From Octopus sinensis (lineage: Eukaryota), in the NCBI RefSeq assembly GCF_006345805.1, contig NC_043020.1:24118001-24182000 (forward strand): a stretch of DNA of 64,000 nt. Direction: 5' to 3'. Below, one piece after another: positions 26,775-41,609 of this stretch. The position numbers and the translations under genes are program-made. Position 1 is the first letter of the stretch. The number at the start of each line of letters is the position of its first letter. The notes beneath the pieces were generated by a model. That model saw only the letters and a program-made list of their open reading frames with translations. It did not search any database and was not told the origin of the DNA.

Positions 26775-28025
26775 TTATTATTATTACTATTATTATTATT
26801 ATTATTATTATTATCCATTTTCAAGTCGTTCCCCGTTGATAATGTCATCTCGATGTGCGTCTAAATATTTAGTGGCATGTCTTCCCACCCCTTCAACTCT
26901 CAAATTCTTTCCAAAGGAGTCCTATAAACTTGCGACTGACACAATCACAAAATCCTATTGAAATGCCATTATCCACGTCTAAATTCCAATGTTCTTCCAG
27001 ACTCTTCAGAATTCGTTTTGATGATGTTAATTACTGTCAAATCATTATGAATTCTTCTTCTGTTGTTGTTGTTGTTTCCTGTCAAAAAAATGTAACGTTC
27101 TGATTGGTGGAGCTGTTGGTGACGATTTCTGCGAATTGTTAGCATTGGTAATCGATGTCACTATCAAATGAATTAGTTACGAACGTCTAAGCCGTTCGGT
27201 TATATTGCGACTCCTTGCGCTCTCAACCTCCTCCGTCATTGCATACTCACTCCCTCGCTCTCGCTCAACTCTCTCGCTCACTCTCACGCTATCTCACCCA
27301 TCCCCCATTGCTCTCTGTTTTTTTGCCCTTTCTTTCCCCTAATTTTCTTTTCTTTCGCCCAACTTTCGATAATTCTACTGAAAGTCTACCTCTCTCCCAC
27401 CCTTACCTTCTTTCCAAGTTGAAATTGACGAAGCCACCTATAACTTTACCAAAGAGGAAAATATCTCTACTCTTTCCTTAACACGAACACACCTCATTGG
27501 CCTTACACACCAGACATAGGAAAGCAACATCGTAACCAAGTGTTGTTACATGCAGGACGAATACAATGACCAACCGGATCCCTATTCCACACAATAACAT
27601 TTCATATAACCACTGGAGTCAGGAATTAAGGGACAATAAACAATCACATGGAGGACCTTTTCTTCGCTTGGCACGCATCAGATTCAGGCCGAGACAATGG
27701 CATTCCATGATTGTAGAATGTGTCTAATCGATAACATCTCCTGTACCAGTAGTTCAATGGTTTACTCGAGGGTATTTGTAATTCTCGGAGGAAATATCTT
27801 CGTGAACGGATCAGCCAGCTGGTTTCCACCAATGACCACAATTTCTCTCGAAGATAGTCAGGCATTTACATAATCGTCCACAAAATCTAATTTCAAAGTC
27901 TTTCTAGTTATATTGGTGAGTTCTTGGCAAACAACGAACGGTTGACCGCATTCTAGAGGATAATTATTCCATATTTGTTAAAGATATCTCTACGGATATT
28001 CGGTAGAAGTTATAGTCACGAGTGA

Positions 28026-28281
28026 TTTTTGTTATTACGTTTCGTATACGGAAGGTCAGATGTAAACAAACAATGAGGTCGAAAACGAAAAATGGATAAT
28101 GGGCGCAAATGTATGGCTATTTAAACAATGTATTCGATGATGATTAATGGGTTAGATGGGTGCTGACGGAAGGGCAAAACCCAGCGAAATGTGGCATGTA
28201 CGCCCATCATCCAATGTTTCATTTTCAATCTCATTGTTTGTTTACATCTGACAATTCATACACGAAACGTCGCAACAAAAA
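28026..28281. mobile_element. MITE-like element with about 52-bp imperfect terminal inverted repeats
   Basis: Perfect 23-bp core gtcagatgtaaacaaacaatgag (28055-77) / ctcattgtttgtttacatctgac (28230-52), extended by acgtttcgt/acgaaacgt and tttttgtt/aacaaaaa. Confidence 0.65.
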
Positions 28282-30494
28282 CTAGCGCTGGCCAAAATTT
28301 CTATAGAAAATCAAAGATAACCTTAACAAGTGATGTAGTATCGCTGCTAACACAGCAGAACACGGTACTGACTCATAAAAACATTTAATATACTTTATAG
28401 AATATTATAGGTAGCATAACGAAATCCCACGTACCTATAAGTCATTGATAATTGTTCAGTCTCGGTTGACCTAAGACTGCTGGCTCATGAAAGAATTGAG
28501 AAAGATAGGTTTCTTTAAATAGCGCCTATAGTTACAGACAGGGAATCGGCAAGTGAGGCAGCCGAAGATGAAATTAGTTTGCCATCGGCCACGACATAGA
28601 GGATCGTCCACAGAATGTGCTGACAAGAAATGGATTCCTTGATCGGTGGAATGTGTCCGTCTTCTTCCAGAATCCAAAGTCCATACGCCACAGTGCCACC
28701 TGGCGAAAATTGGGACCTGGTGTTACGTTTAGGCCATAATATAAGACGAGGGCGCTTCACACATGCAATTCTACACCTTACTTTCTACTATTTCCTAAAT
28801 GTAATTGGCCATCCTGCTTGTCTTGAATGAATCATACAACAAGCACGTTAACCGCATCGGCTGTCTTGGATCTACCCCAAAACATATCTTAGTTTGAAAC
28901 AGCGTCTTCTATATTTCTTACTTTTCCTTAAAAAATTGACATTTTATGAAGACATAAAAATGGCAAACTTTGAAGCAGGCACTTGACAGAACTTACGACT
29001 AGTAACTAATATGTTGTGTTGTAAGTTCTATTTTATTGCACAAGAAATATTTTTCTCGACCAGCCAATGGCTTTTAATGAAGGCAAACTAAAGTAGCGAA
29101 CAGGATTAACGAAGGAAGAAATAACGAAACCAAAACGAACGAGAAACACACAGAAAAAGAAAGAAATTACAGAAAATAATATTTAAAAAAAACGACAAAC
29201 GAAGATGAAAACCAGAATGAAAGTCAAACCAGACTGGTGGCGCCGTCTCGAAGTAGCTGATTAATTTTCGTTTTACTGCCTATGTCTGTCTGCGTGTGTG
29301 TGTGTGTGTGTAGATAAATGTGTGTGCGTGTGTGTATATATATATGTATATAGATGAATTACAAATCTAAGATAATTATTTTGTAGAATCATATCCCAAA
29401 ATATAATACTGCACTTCAGTTCACATAAAATAATAACCATATAAAATGTCGTCAATTTTGTCAAAATAAGAATAAAGTGAAACGCATACACACATGATAT
29501 ATATATATGCACACAGATATGTATATAGACATAGATAAAATACATATATACATACATGCATACATATAATTAAAATAATACATATGAAAGTGTGTATGCT
29601 TGCGTTTTATAGCGATTTGGTTCGCTCCTGCTGTGTGGAGTCTTGGGCCATTGTCGTTTCTCTTATCTCGGATCGAACCATATACGCATCTTCTCTTGAA
29701 GGTTTCAGGCATGAAACGCCGGCAATCTCAATATAGTTGCCTGGATCTAAACCACATCCCCATATTTGTGATGGTGTGTTTCTGGATATTGGCAGAAGCA
29801 CGTGGCATCAGTATGCGTGTGTGTGGATAAACACACGTGCGCGCGCGCGTACATGCACGCACGCACACACACACAGACCCACACAACTACCGGTACTCCG
29901 TAGGTTACGACGTCGAGTATTCTAGTTGATCCGATCGACGGAACAGCCTTCTCGTGAAATGAACGTGCATGTGGTTGAGTATTTCACAGACACTAGTACC
30001 CTTAATGTAGTTCTCGAGGCTGTTCAGCGTCACACACACACACTTGTTTCAGTATATTTGATTGCGATGGTATTGGAACACCGCCCCTAGGGTTTTTAGA
30101 GTCTAATAAATCGACCCCAGGACTTATTTTTTTCTAGCCTAGTACTTATTTTACTGGTTTCCTTTCCCGAGCAATGGGAATGTAAACGCACAAACACTGA
30201 TTGTCAAGCGGCGATGTGTGTGTGGGGGGGGGGACATCGGAGTTTCAACTTTCGTTTACCAAATCCACTCAGAAGGCCTTGGTCGGCCAGAGGCTGCAGT
30301 AGAAGGCACTTGACCAAGATGTCACGCAATGGGACTGAACCCGGAACCATGTGGTTGGGAAGAAAGCTTCTTATCACACAGTCAAGTCTACCCTGATTTA
30401 ATGCATGATAATGTTCCATTGACCTGGAATCTTTTAATCTGATTGATTATCATGATTATCGTGCAGATTTTGATTTGCATCAGCAGCTTTCTTT

Positions 30495-30540
<46 letters not shown>

Positions 30541-30749
30541 ATTTATAAATAAGGGCAAAAGAAAAAACTTCTAATGCCAAAATATGCCGAAAATAGACAT
30601 AACGTCAATAACCATGTAATTTATCACTGTTTGCCTTACGTATAAATCGTTTATAAATTAACCTTAAAGGTATTTTTTAATATGCTGGCCATTGATAGAA
30701 TTTTTTTTCGAAAAATGTTATCCTACATTAGATGTTAATTATATACATA

Positions 30750-30874
30750 AAAAAATTGTCTTACCTCTAAGAAGAACATATATATATATATATTATATAT
30801 ATATATATATATTATATATATATATATATATTATATATATATATATGTTCTTCTTAGAGGTAAGACAATTTTTT
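30750..30874. repeat. Perfect 29-bp inverted repeat enclosing a (TA)n tract
   Basis: aaaaaattgtcttacctctaagaagaaca (30750-78) versus tgttcttcttagaggtaagacaatttttt (30846-74). Confidence 0.9.
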
Positions 30875-32785
30875 ATGTTTGTTGCACACACGTCTTTGCT
30901 AGTAAATACGCAGTGAAGCTTTATAATGCTATTTTCCAGTAAATATTGGTGCCTTTTTGTACCATTCATCTGTTTATATATGTATAATTCTACCCTTATG
31001 GGGCTTTATTTTACTGCAATATTATATATATATATATACATACATACATTTTTCCAGCAATACTGTATTAATTCCTGTTAAATAGTTCGATTTCTTTTAC
31101 CGTATTTGATCCTTTGTATCTTCATTTATCCTCGGCGCGTTATCAGTTCAGCTAATTGTGTAATGTTCAGTAACTCTACACTCCCACCATTGTCTAAAGG
31201 GAAGCTTGATAAGCGTTTTTTTAAATTTTAATCTGTCTTTCTCTTGGTATTAATTTATTGTATCTGTTTTTATTCGTGTGATCGACTTCAGGTAGCGTAT
31301 CTAACGAGTCTGCGAAAAACTGCGACGAGGAAGTATTTAGCTCTAGCTTTGCACCAAAAAGCCGAAATAAAATTGGTTTCGAAGAGACCTAGAAAAATTG
31401 TAGAGACATGATTGGATTTGTAATATTATAAGTTCGTTAGTTAACTTTTAATCAGGCAATTATTTCATGTTAAGTATACTTAGTTTAATTACTAAAGTGA
31501 AATTAATATTGTTTGTACAACATGTGCCCTCATTTTAGGTCATGTATGTGTGTGCCTGTATGCATGTGTGTATAAGGTTAACCCCGATCGCGAGTAAGTT
31601 TTAGTGGGCGCGGTTTCGTCTTATTATATCCCTGGAAGGCGTAAATCCGATCAGCCTTATGGTTATGTATTTACGGGTAACTAATAGCAGAGACATCGTT
31701 ATTTTCAGCGGTCAACGTAAAACCATCAGTTTTTGCGTCTTCCATCGCATAATCAAATAAAATGGTGGCTGCTCCAGCGCTCTCGCGGGTTCACAGATGA
31801 GGATAAGTAAATTCGATCCAATCCGGTTCATTTATTGTACTATCTCGTTGTTTAAATTGTGTTATCATTTCCATCCCCAGGCAAAGCCCTTATTATAGGA
31901 ACACAAGCAGAAGCTATAAGCTACAGAATTAAAATTAACCGCTTATAATGGTAAAAGTAGTATTTCTGAGAGTGCTACCCGTTCGGGATAAATGGTACAT
32001 ATGCGGAAGTGTTGTCAGAGAGGACTCTTTCAAATGCAAATTGAGCTTTGAGAAATGAAACCTGCGCGCTCGCACTAAAGATCCGAGCATTACTGCGTTG
32101 TAGAGTTAGATCGAATAAATGTTGTCACGTGTACGACGGATGTGGCCCCAATCAACAATGCATATTTTGAGATTGTCCCACTACTCGAGGCAAGGCAGAC
32201 TGTTTTCTGCAGGCTTTTGGCTGCGTTGTGGCCACCAGTTTTTACGTATTCTAGTTGTATGATCAAATAAAATGGCGGCCACTCCAGCGCTCTCCCTCCC
32301 ACTAAACAAAGCCAACAGAAGTACTATTGTGATATTGGACCCTGGTAAGTTATATGGTGCACAAAACTGAAATGCTTCAAGCTCAGACTATTTCCCGTTT
32401 GGTCAATTCGTCATTTCTCACTTTCCACATGGAAAGGAAGGCATGTGTGATGCGGAATGTACTGTTTTGCCTTTAAAGTGTCTTAAAATGTGGCCGACAG
32501 ATGAGAAATTGGTATGATGAGTTTGCGCTATGTCCCTGTGCGTTGGAGAATGACCCTTGAGAAAAATCACCCTCGGGGTCGGGAGAGACCCTGAATCTGT
32601 GGGAGTTAAGTGATTGACCCTTGTCGGATGTCCTGTAAGGAGAGGACAATAACATCACTTACACTGTATATATCTTTGTCTTGTATTGCATTGTATATAT
32701 GTACACTGTATATATCTTTGTCTTGTATTGCATTGTTTCTGTAAATCTTTTGTCATTTGTATGGCCTTTTACTACCCTCTCCTGT

Positions 32786-32869
32786 CTGTGCTCCCTCTGT
32801 GCACCCTCTGTGCTCCCTCTGTGCTCCCTCTGTGCTCCCTCTGTGCTCCCTCTGTGCTCTCTCTGTGTT
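32786..32869. repeat. 11-bp minisatellite (ctgtgctccct), about 7.5 copies, next to a 42-bp tandem duplication (about 32661-32736)
   Basis: Read directly from the sequence. Confidence 0.9.
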
Positions 32870-35338
32870 CTATATTTTAACAATCTGGTCCTCGTAACTG
32901 TTGGAGAAAATATAGTCCAACCGTGCCATATTGTAAGCTTGAACCCTGAATCTTGAAATTTAGAAGTGAGCTTCTTAGCCGTTCGCCTATGACTTCTCTT
33001 CATGCATCATTCTTTTCTTTCCACACACACACACACACACACACTGGTGTATAAATATTGTATTTCTGTATTTCAAGGAGGCTACCTCAAATGTTATGAT
33101 TTAGTTTAATTGTCCATCGTTTCTCTATATATATTTATCGATATATTTATAAATCTCTCGATATGTGAACCTCTACTTGTCTTTCCATGCGTCGTTTTTC
33201 TGTTTATGGCCGCCTCTCTGTCTGCCTGAATGACCTGCCTGTCCATCTGTCCCTCACTGTATGTCTCTGTCTCTGTTAGCCTGCCTGTCTCTCTGCCTTG
33301 GCTACCTGTCTCTGTCTGTCTGTCTCTTTCTTTCTCTGCCTGCCTTTTGTGTCTCTCTCTCTGCCTGCGTCTTGTTTCGCTGCATGGTCGTATTTCTTTG
33401 TCGCCTCATCTCTCAACACCCGAAATCACCCACCACTGTCTTTTGTTATTATTTTCTCATGCTTTATGATTAATATCTCATTTGATTAATGTCACTTCCT
33501 CAAACTATGATAAACCACATTTCCCTGCAAAGATACCGTTCCTTCAACAAACCATTCCACACTCACTTCATAATCATTTAGTGCTCAATGCAATAAATAT
33601 GTTAACTGTTACATTTTTATATTTCAGTCTCCTCTGGGTAATCAATTCCAGTGAAGATTATTTTCTTTTAAATGCTAGAACAAATCTATTTATTGATGCA
33701 CTTTCCACTGGTTCGGCGATTTGTGAAATCTATGCTTTACTAAGAAGTTCTACATTAATCAAGACCGACGTAGTTGTCTTGCGTATTTCCCGATTTAACT
33801 ACAGTTAATATAGTCTTCAATTTATGTTGTATTACATTCGAATTAGATATTCTGTAGAGTTGTCGGATATGTTCTTTTTGGAAGCTTACCATGCTGAGTC
33901 TGGACTTTGGTACAAAACGAAAATAACGTGGACAATTAAATATTGGTTTCAAATTCTGATACAAGGCCAACAATTCGGTGGGGTGGGGCAGAGTTTCAGA
34001 GCGTAAAACGGACGAAATGCTGTTAAGCATTTTGCCTGGCATGCTAACGATTCTGCCAGCCTGTTGTCTTAATAGTAGACAAATGTTATCTCTCACAATT
34101 CACCACACGTGAACAATACTTATAATGTATAATATAGAGTGCGGCATAAAAACCTCCCGCCTTTGATGTTTTGATGTTTATTAACAAGTGAAATTAGGCC
34201 GGATGTGATGATATCCACATGTAGCTAACATCTAACTATTTGTTTTGTAGCTACCATCGTTGGTTGAACCCTTGCACTTGTTGCTGTTGTCAAGGGTACG
34301 ACAGATCTGGCCCCATTCAACCGTGTATATCTTGAGATTGTCATACGCGTGATAACAGCAACAAATGTTTGCTGTTCAAACAGTTGTTAACTTGTAACAT
34401 CTGGGCATTTTTTTTCTGCACACCGTATCAAACGGCTATTAGCTTAACAATCCTTAGTGTTTTATGTTCGCCTAATGTACTACCAAACAATATTTAAACT
34501 GAAGTTTAGCCACATGTAAAGCCTAAAATTATCTAACCACACACACACACTAAAACGTGTGCTCTTTCTCTACGTCACATTTTTTAATACCAGATGTCAA
34601 GATCGGCTTTCAAAACGTATATATCAGGTGAGTGTGTCCATTATTAGTTACTTTCTACAGTAAAAACAACTACGCTGCCATTAACGATTCTCATACCAAA
34701 AAATAAAAGCAGAATCAAAGTGTGCCCAGAATACATGAGAAGTTCGAAGAAAACAAGAGTAGAGTGTATCCCACTAATCACACAAAATTTATTTAATGAG
34801 GACGCGTTGCAGAGTGTTTAGAGTGTTGAACACTCGGTCGCAAGATCTATTTCCGGTTCGGGAAATGCGTTGTGTTCCGGAGCAAAATACTTTACCTCGT
34901 GATGCATTTAGATCTAACTTTAATGCTAAAATACAGTAACAGTAATATCACATTTCCTGCAACTAAAATCTTAGTGTTATAAGGAAGACTTTGCATTGCT
35001 CTGGATTACATGGACAAAAAGACTCATTCGCTACATGGTCTGGAAATGAAATGAACGGTTTAGGTTCCACATGCAATAAAAAAAGAAAGACAATAGTGGA
35101 AGAAAAAATGAACAATAAAAAAGACAACAGTGGAAGAAAGAATGAACACGTGACACATGAATTTAAGATGCATAGATTTTTATACAGTTAAAAAAGGGAC
35201 AGGAGACACTATATATATATGTATGCAAGTATATATGTATATATACGTAGGTGTATATATATCTTTCAATATATAACATACATTCATACGGGACAGACAT
35301 GCTCGCATACATGCATATACAGGCATACATACATGCAC

Positions 35339-35374
<36 letters not shown>

Positions 35375-35549
35375 GTATAATCAGATACATATATCAAAAT
35401 TAACATAACCATGTGTATATAGATATGCATATATATTTATATAATTAATTTATAAATTTTTAATATATACACATGTGCGTATATACACATATATACATAC
35501 ATATGTACATATACATACATATACAAGACACAAATACATGTATACATAC

Positions 35550-35615
<66 letters not shown>

Positions 35616-36379
35616 CGTATATATATGTATATATATATATATATAGACATAAAAAAAATAATCACCGGGGTTCGAACTAATTTGAAACGAACCCTCAAAC
35701 TACCAGGTGCGCATGCGTGTGAATGGAATTATGGGATTCTAATCTAAATAAAAGGTTGATTGAAATATAAAACATCTAAGTAAATAGTTTTACCTGTCTA
35801 AGGTAAGAAATTAATATTGTTATTATTATTAATAATATTATTAGTAATAGTATCACTGTTGCGTGTCCCAAAGACAACGTCTTTGGTTCGCTTTTGGCCA
35901 GTTCCTTTAGTAAATGTCTGTTAAGTCTTTTATTTTATTTTACCCCCCACCCCAGTCTGACCTTCCTTGAAATTTGAGTTAGGCCTCTTGGTTTATAAAA
36001 AAAGAATCATTTTACATTTATGCATATATATATACACACACACATATATATATATGAACAAACATGTAAGCACATATGTAGATAAATGCGTACGTATATA
36101 CATGTATATAAATATATACGCATTTGTGTGTGTATATATGTATATATATATATACACGTATACATGGGTTTTTGTATGGGTGCCCATAATACAGATATAT
36201 ATACGCATATATACATATACAATCACTGTATTTATCGATATATACACTCCAATTCGAGCACAAATATAATATACCCATACGTATGATATATATATATATA
36301 TATATACCCATAAACATTGTAAATATATAGTTATATATATATGTGTGTGTATATATATATATATAATATACAAATACAC

Positions 36380-36447
<68 letters not shown>

Positions 36448-37048
36448 TACGTGCATTTATATATACACGTATGTCTATATATATGTATATATATATGTAT
36501 ATATATACATATAATTATATATACATATATATGTATATATAGTGTATATATATACACATTCATATATATATGCATATATATAGATATATATATATACATA
36601 TATGCATATGCATATATATACATACATATATATATGCATATATATATATATATATATACATATATATATACATATATATACGTATATATATGTACATATA
36701 TGCACGTATATGAATGTAAACGTATAAATATATACATATATAATATAGATATGTATGTATATATTATGCATACATATTATACATAAAAAAGACAAAAGAA
36801 GTGGGTGTATAAACACAACCTTTAGTACCGCCTACCCGGCATTTTACTAAATCTGAATTATTTACATCTTCCTTAAGTGGACAGACTACTTTTTGGGGGT
36901 GGAATTTTACACGCTCTATGTTTTACAAATTCTTGTGTGTGTATATCTTGTGGGTAAGACTTGCGTACCCGGCGTATGTAAATGCGGTTTTTGTGACAAC
37001 GTGTATGCCACTGTCTTGTTTCATTGAAAGAAATAGTTGTTATTGTGA

Positions 37049-37089
<41 letters not shown>

Positions 37090-38237
37090 TAAGGGGGAGA
37101 GAGAGAATGAGGGAGACTATGTATGTGTATATGGGATTCTGTATGTATTATGGTTGCCAGTGTGCACCTACATCACCTGTAAGTGACTGATATTTGTGTG
37201 AAATATTCGTATATCATTCTATAGTCTTCCTCTTACTCCAAGTTCTCTTTCTTGTAATCATAATCATCAACATCGTTTGTATCATTACAATGGTTGACAT
37301 GAGAATGTTGCTGCTTTTGAAGCTGTTGATGATGATGATCATCATCATGACATATGTTGATGACGATATAAAATGAGAATGAGAATGATGATGAGGTAAG
37401 TGAAAGTACAGTTTAAGTATCGAAAGTTTCGTCACCATTACCGCCCTCATTGCTATTGAAATCGTCTTTTTCTTCTCCACAATCATCATCGGCACTTTTA
37501 TCATCATCATCATCATCATCATCATCATCTTATTCATCCTTCATCGTCACCATTTTTATCATTCTCAGAAGCTTCCTCATCTCTTTCCCTCCTCATTCTT
37601 ATCATCATCATCATCATCAACATCATCAATATCATTGATCAGCAACGATTACGAGTGAATCAAAGAAACAGAAACAACTACAACAATAGAAAAAAAACAA
37701 GATTAACAAGAGAAACAAAAATATAAAACAATAAAAAACAATAAACTCACTCATTAAAAAAACAAGAAAAATGTGAAGAAAAAACGTTTCTTATATCAAA
37801 TATATACCGTCTTATATACACATGGGAGTGTGAGTAGGTATGTATATAAATGTTTATGCATGTATGTATATGTTTTTGTACATGTATTCCGATATGTATG
37901 AGTACCTATTTGTGTGTATATGCATATATATGCATATGAATGTTTACGTACATGTGTGCATGGGAATATATGAGGTGTATGTGCTGTGGTGTCTGTCATT
38001 TCTGTGGTATATCATAAAATTTGTTCAGGTTACATATGCATGTATATATATATATATATAATATATATATATACGTGTGTGTGTGTGTGTGGGGGGGTGT
38101 GTGTATGCGTGTATATATGTATGTGCATATATGTATGTGTGTATATATGTGTGTATATGTACGTATGTATATACATGTATGTATATATATATATAATATA
38201 TATATGCATGTAAGTATGTATTATGCATGTCTGTATT

Positions 38238-38276
<39 letters not shown>

Positions 38277-38306
38277 CAATATATATATATTGAAGCTAAT
38301 GGACCA

Positions 38307-38366
<60 letters not shown>

Positions 38367-38820
38367 TATATAGGCATGTATGTTTGTGTGTGTGTATTAT
38401 TTTTTTATTATAGAGAGATGCCATGTCATTAAAGCTATTTATACAAACAAAATAGGATTATTGAAAAATCGAAAAATGAATGAAAGGATCTGTAAAAACT
38501 GTTCGCTCTGTCATTATACTCTGTCGTATTATTTGTGACTCTTCCACAGAAGAACGGTAACGATAATAACTTAATATATGTTTGAGTAATCAATACAGAC
38601 TAATGTATATATATATATATATAGTAACAAGTTGGTTTATCCTCTTTAGTTTCGTAGCCCTGAAAGCAAAGCCATCGTTTCTGGCTTCTGAATGTCAAAA
38701 GAGGAGGACATGTGCGCATGTCCACGAAATTTCACATAATGTGAGTAACTGAGTCAACTTGTTATTCAAGAAACGCAACTATGTGTTGAGTACTACTTCC
38801 GTTCGCTTTTTCGGCCACTC

Positions 38821-38876
<56 letters not shown>

Positions 38877-41609
38877 TGTGTGCGTGTGTTTGTGTGTATA
38901 TGTATCTGTACAAATTTACATAATTGTAGTCGAGTCACATTTATAACATTTTTATATTGATCTTCAATTATATAGTGTTATGATAGCTGGAAAGGCATAG
39001 GGTAGCTGAAGCGAGATTTGATCGCGGGACACTTTAAATTAGGACCGCGTTCAAACATCTATCAAATATTTTGTATTAATGTTCTACACTATCGATCGTC
39101 CTCATTATCATTTTTATTTTATTATTTGGTATTGTCAACAAAGAACTTTTAACTTTTTACCTTTTAACGTACCATTCAAACTGAATGTACTTTTTGTGTC
39201 GTGTTTGTGTGAACCCGTTTTATACAAGGGAGAGAAGTGCGTATTTTTTGTCTTAAATTTTTCTTTTACTCCGTTTGGAGGAGAATATGGTTCTACATTT
39301 TGAAAAATGCTTCATTTTTGTCATGTATTCAAAAAAATGTTTGTATGCATGGCGTCCCCTGTGGTGTCAGTATGTGCAGACTCCCATAAAGGTGGTAGAA
39401 GTAGCATAGATGCCTCCAAATATTTAACAGATTAAAATTGTTAAAAGAGAAAAAGAAAACGACAGATGAATATATAAACACATTTGTAAAAAAAAAGGAA
39501 AAGGAAACAAAAAATAAACATTCACATCATAACACACAGAATTGGCGTGAGCCAAAGTTTTAACAAGGTTTGCTAGCCTGGAAGCTAGATAGAAATGTTG
39601 AACACGAGTCATCTTTTGGAAAAAAAAAGCCAGAGATCTATAACAAAGGCTTGTATCTCCATTCACGAGGTTTCCATCGTAGAACAAACAATGAGGAATT
39701 AGAACAAACCCTGCATCTCAAAAGAAGGGAGGGGAGTTTTAAATGCCCCAAAGTAGGTTTTGGAAGAAAATCTAGCCGATGTATTGAACGACCTCGTCTC
39801 TGCAGACAAGCGCTGGGCAAATGAAAAATGTTTCTGGTCCTTAAATACTGATGACCAGACAAAAAATATGCAAAGCTGGTGGACGATACACCCTCACAGA
39901 GGTTGTTGGTGGTATATAGAGGAGACAAAGCACTAGTTTCATGGACAATGGCTTGTGATTCGTCGTCACTTTCACGGCAAACTGAGGTTTTAAACACAAA
40001 GGTAACGTGATCGAGTAAGAGTATGCATTAACATGCAAATCCTTATGGCGCACAATAACCTGAAGCTATCCCAGAGGTTTATGCAATTTTGGGTGCAGAA
40101 AATAAAGCGTTTAGTTTAGTGGAACTGAACAGAAAGCCCTGTGACTTTAAAAGATCCCTGAGGGCTTTCTCTCCAGTAGAATTTTCAAAATCAAAGAAGG
40201 GAAATGGCAGTGGTTCGCAACAGTGTCAGCAGCTACAACAACAACAACATTGGGCTCTAGGAAATATAGTTCTAATAGCAACGTCGTGAAAAGTTGCCAG
40301 GATCCGACGTCTGGAAATCCGACGGAGTAGAGTGGCAACCAAAGGTCACAACAAGTAATTCCACACAATCGCTTCATAAAGATGCGGAGGGAATCTAGAC
40401 TGGAGAACCGTGATAAAATGGCGGGGAGAATACAAAAGAAATAAAGCGTAAAAACAAACTACAGACAATCGAACCTATGACGAAGACAAGCAAGATCCTT
40501 GGACAGAAGCTCATCAGTCCAACAGAATGGCAAAAATTTCACGTTTCTTTAAATTGCCAAATTGAAGCTAAATTGAAAGACCTAAAAGATGAAGATAGAA
40601 CAATGGGCTAGTAGAAGAAAAGATTGGAACTTAGATGATAGACTATTAATGGAAACTATAAGGAATCAATAGAGTTGTTGATAAAAGATTGGGGTGGGGT
40701 GACTGAAATCATAGAATGCTAATGGAAACTACAGCAGTAGTCTATATACTGCTGAAAATACCTCTATAGAGACGTGCCAGGATCCTCTCCTTGACACACA
40801 TCAGATACGCACGGGCACCGTTAGGGGCGGAAATTATTCGGGTTTAAGGGTTGTCGCAATCTAACCTAGATGGCGTCCTCATTACCCTCTTGTCAATTGA
40901 TTACTTTGTTTTCATATATTTATTTAACTTTTAGTGTCATTCATCCGTATTTACTCCATTTGTAATATTTTGATGCAGTGAATACTGTTTTCACCCAAAC
41001 CCACGTTTACTTTTTTGAAATTTGTAATATATGTGCACGTGCCTTCATATTCTATACTCTTTTGTAACTCGTTTTCTATAAATATGTGGACCTTTCTCAT
41101 AAAGTGAAATAAATAAATCGTTATTATTGCTATTGTTATCATTATTCATCTTGTGAGTTTACATTTATCAACAATAGAATGCGTGGGAGCAATTTCCACG
41201 GAACCAGAGAACCGTATCGATACACAAGCACGAATGTTTCTGCGCATGTGCACGGGCACTACAGCCGTATGTTTAATAAGTTCGCTTCGTTATCCCGAGG
41301 CAACGAGTTCGATTTCACTTCGTGGTATCTTCCGCAAATGTATTCTCTATAGCCACTGAAATGGGGTAGACGGAAACTGTATAGAAGCCCGTCACATAGA
41401 TTTTACTTGTAGTTAATTTAAAAGATAAAGTCTTGCCAAACAATTCATCGAAGATATACATGTTCATATAGAATGTTCAGCCACTTATATTTCAATAAAG
41501 GAGCAGGTAAGTCAGTTGATCGAACAAGAGAATCCTCGTCGTTGAGCGACAGAGATCCTTCCCCTCCTAGTACATATATGTGTATGAGTAAAATTCCCAC
41601 ACAAGGATA

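Noticed and set aside
34135-34500. Possible Tc1/mariner non-autonomous element (starts tatagagtgcggcataaaaacc)
   Set aside because: No matching second TIR or transposase remnant was found.
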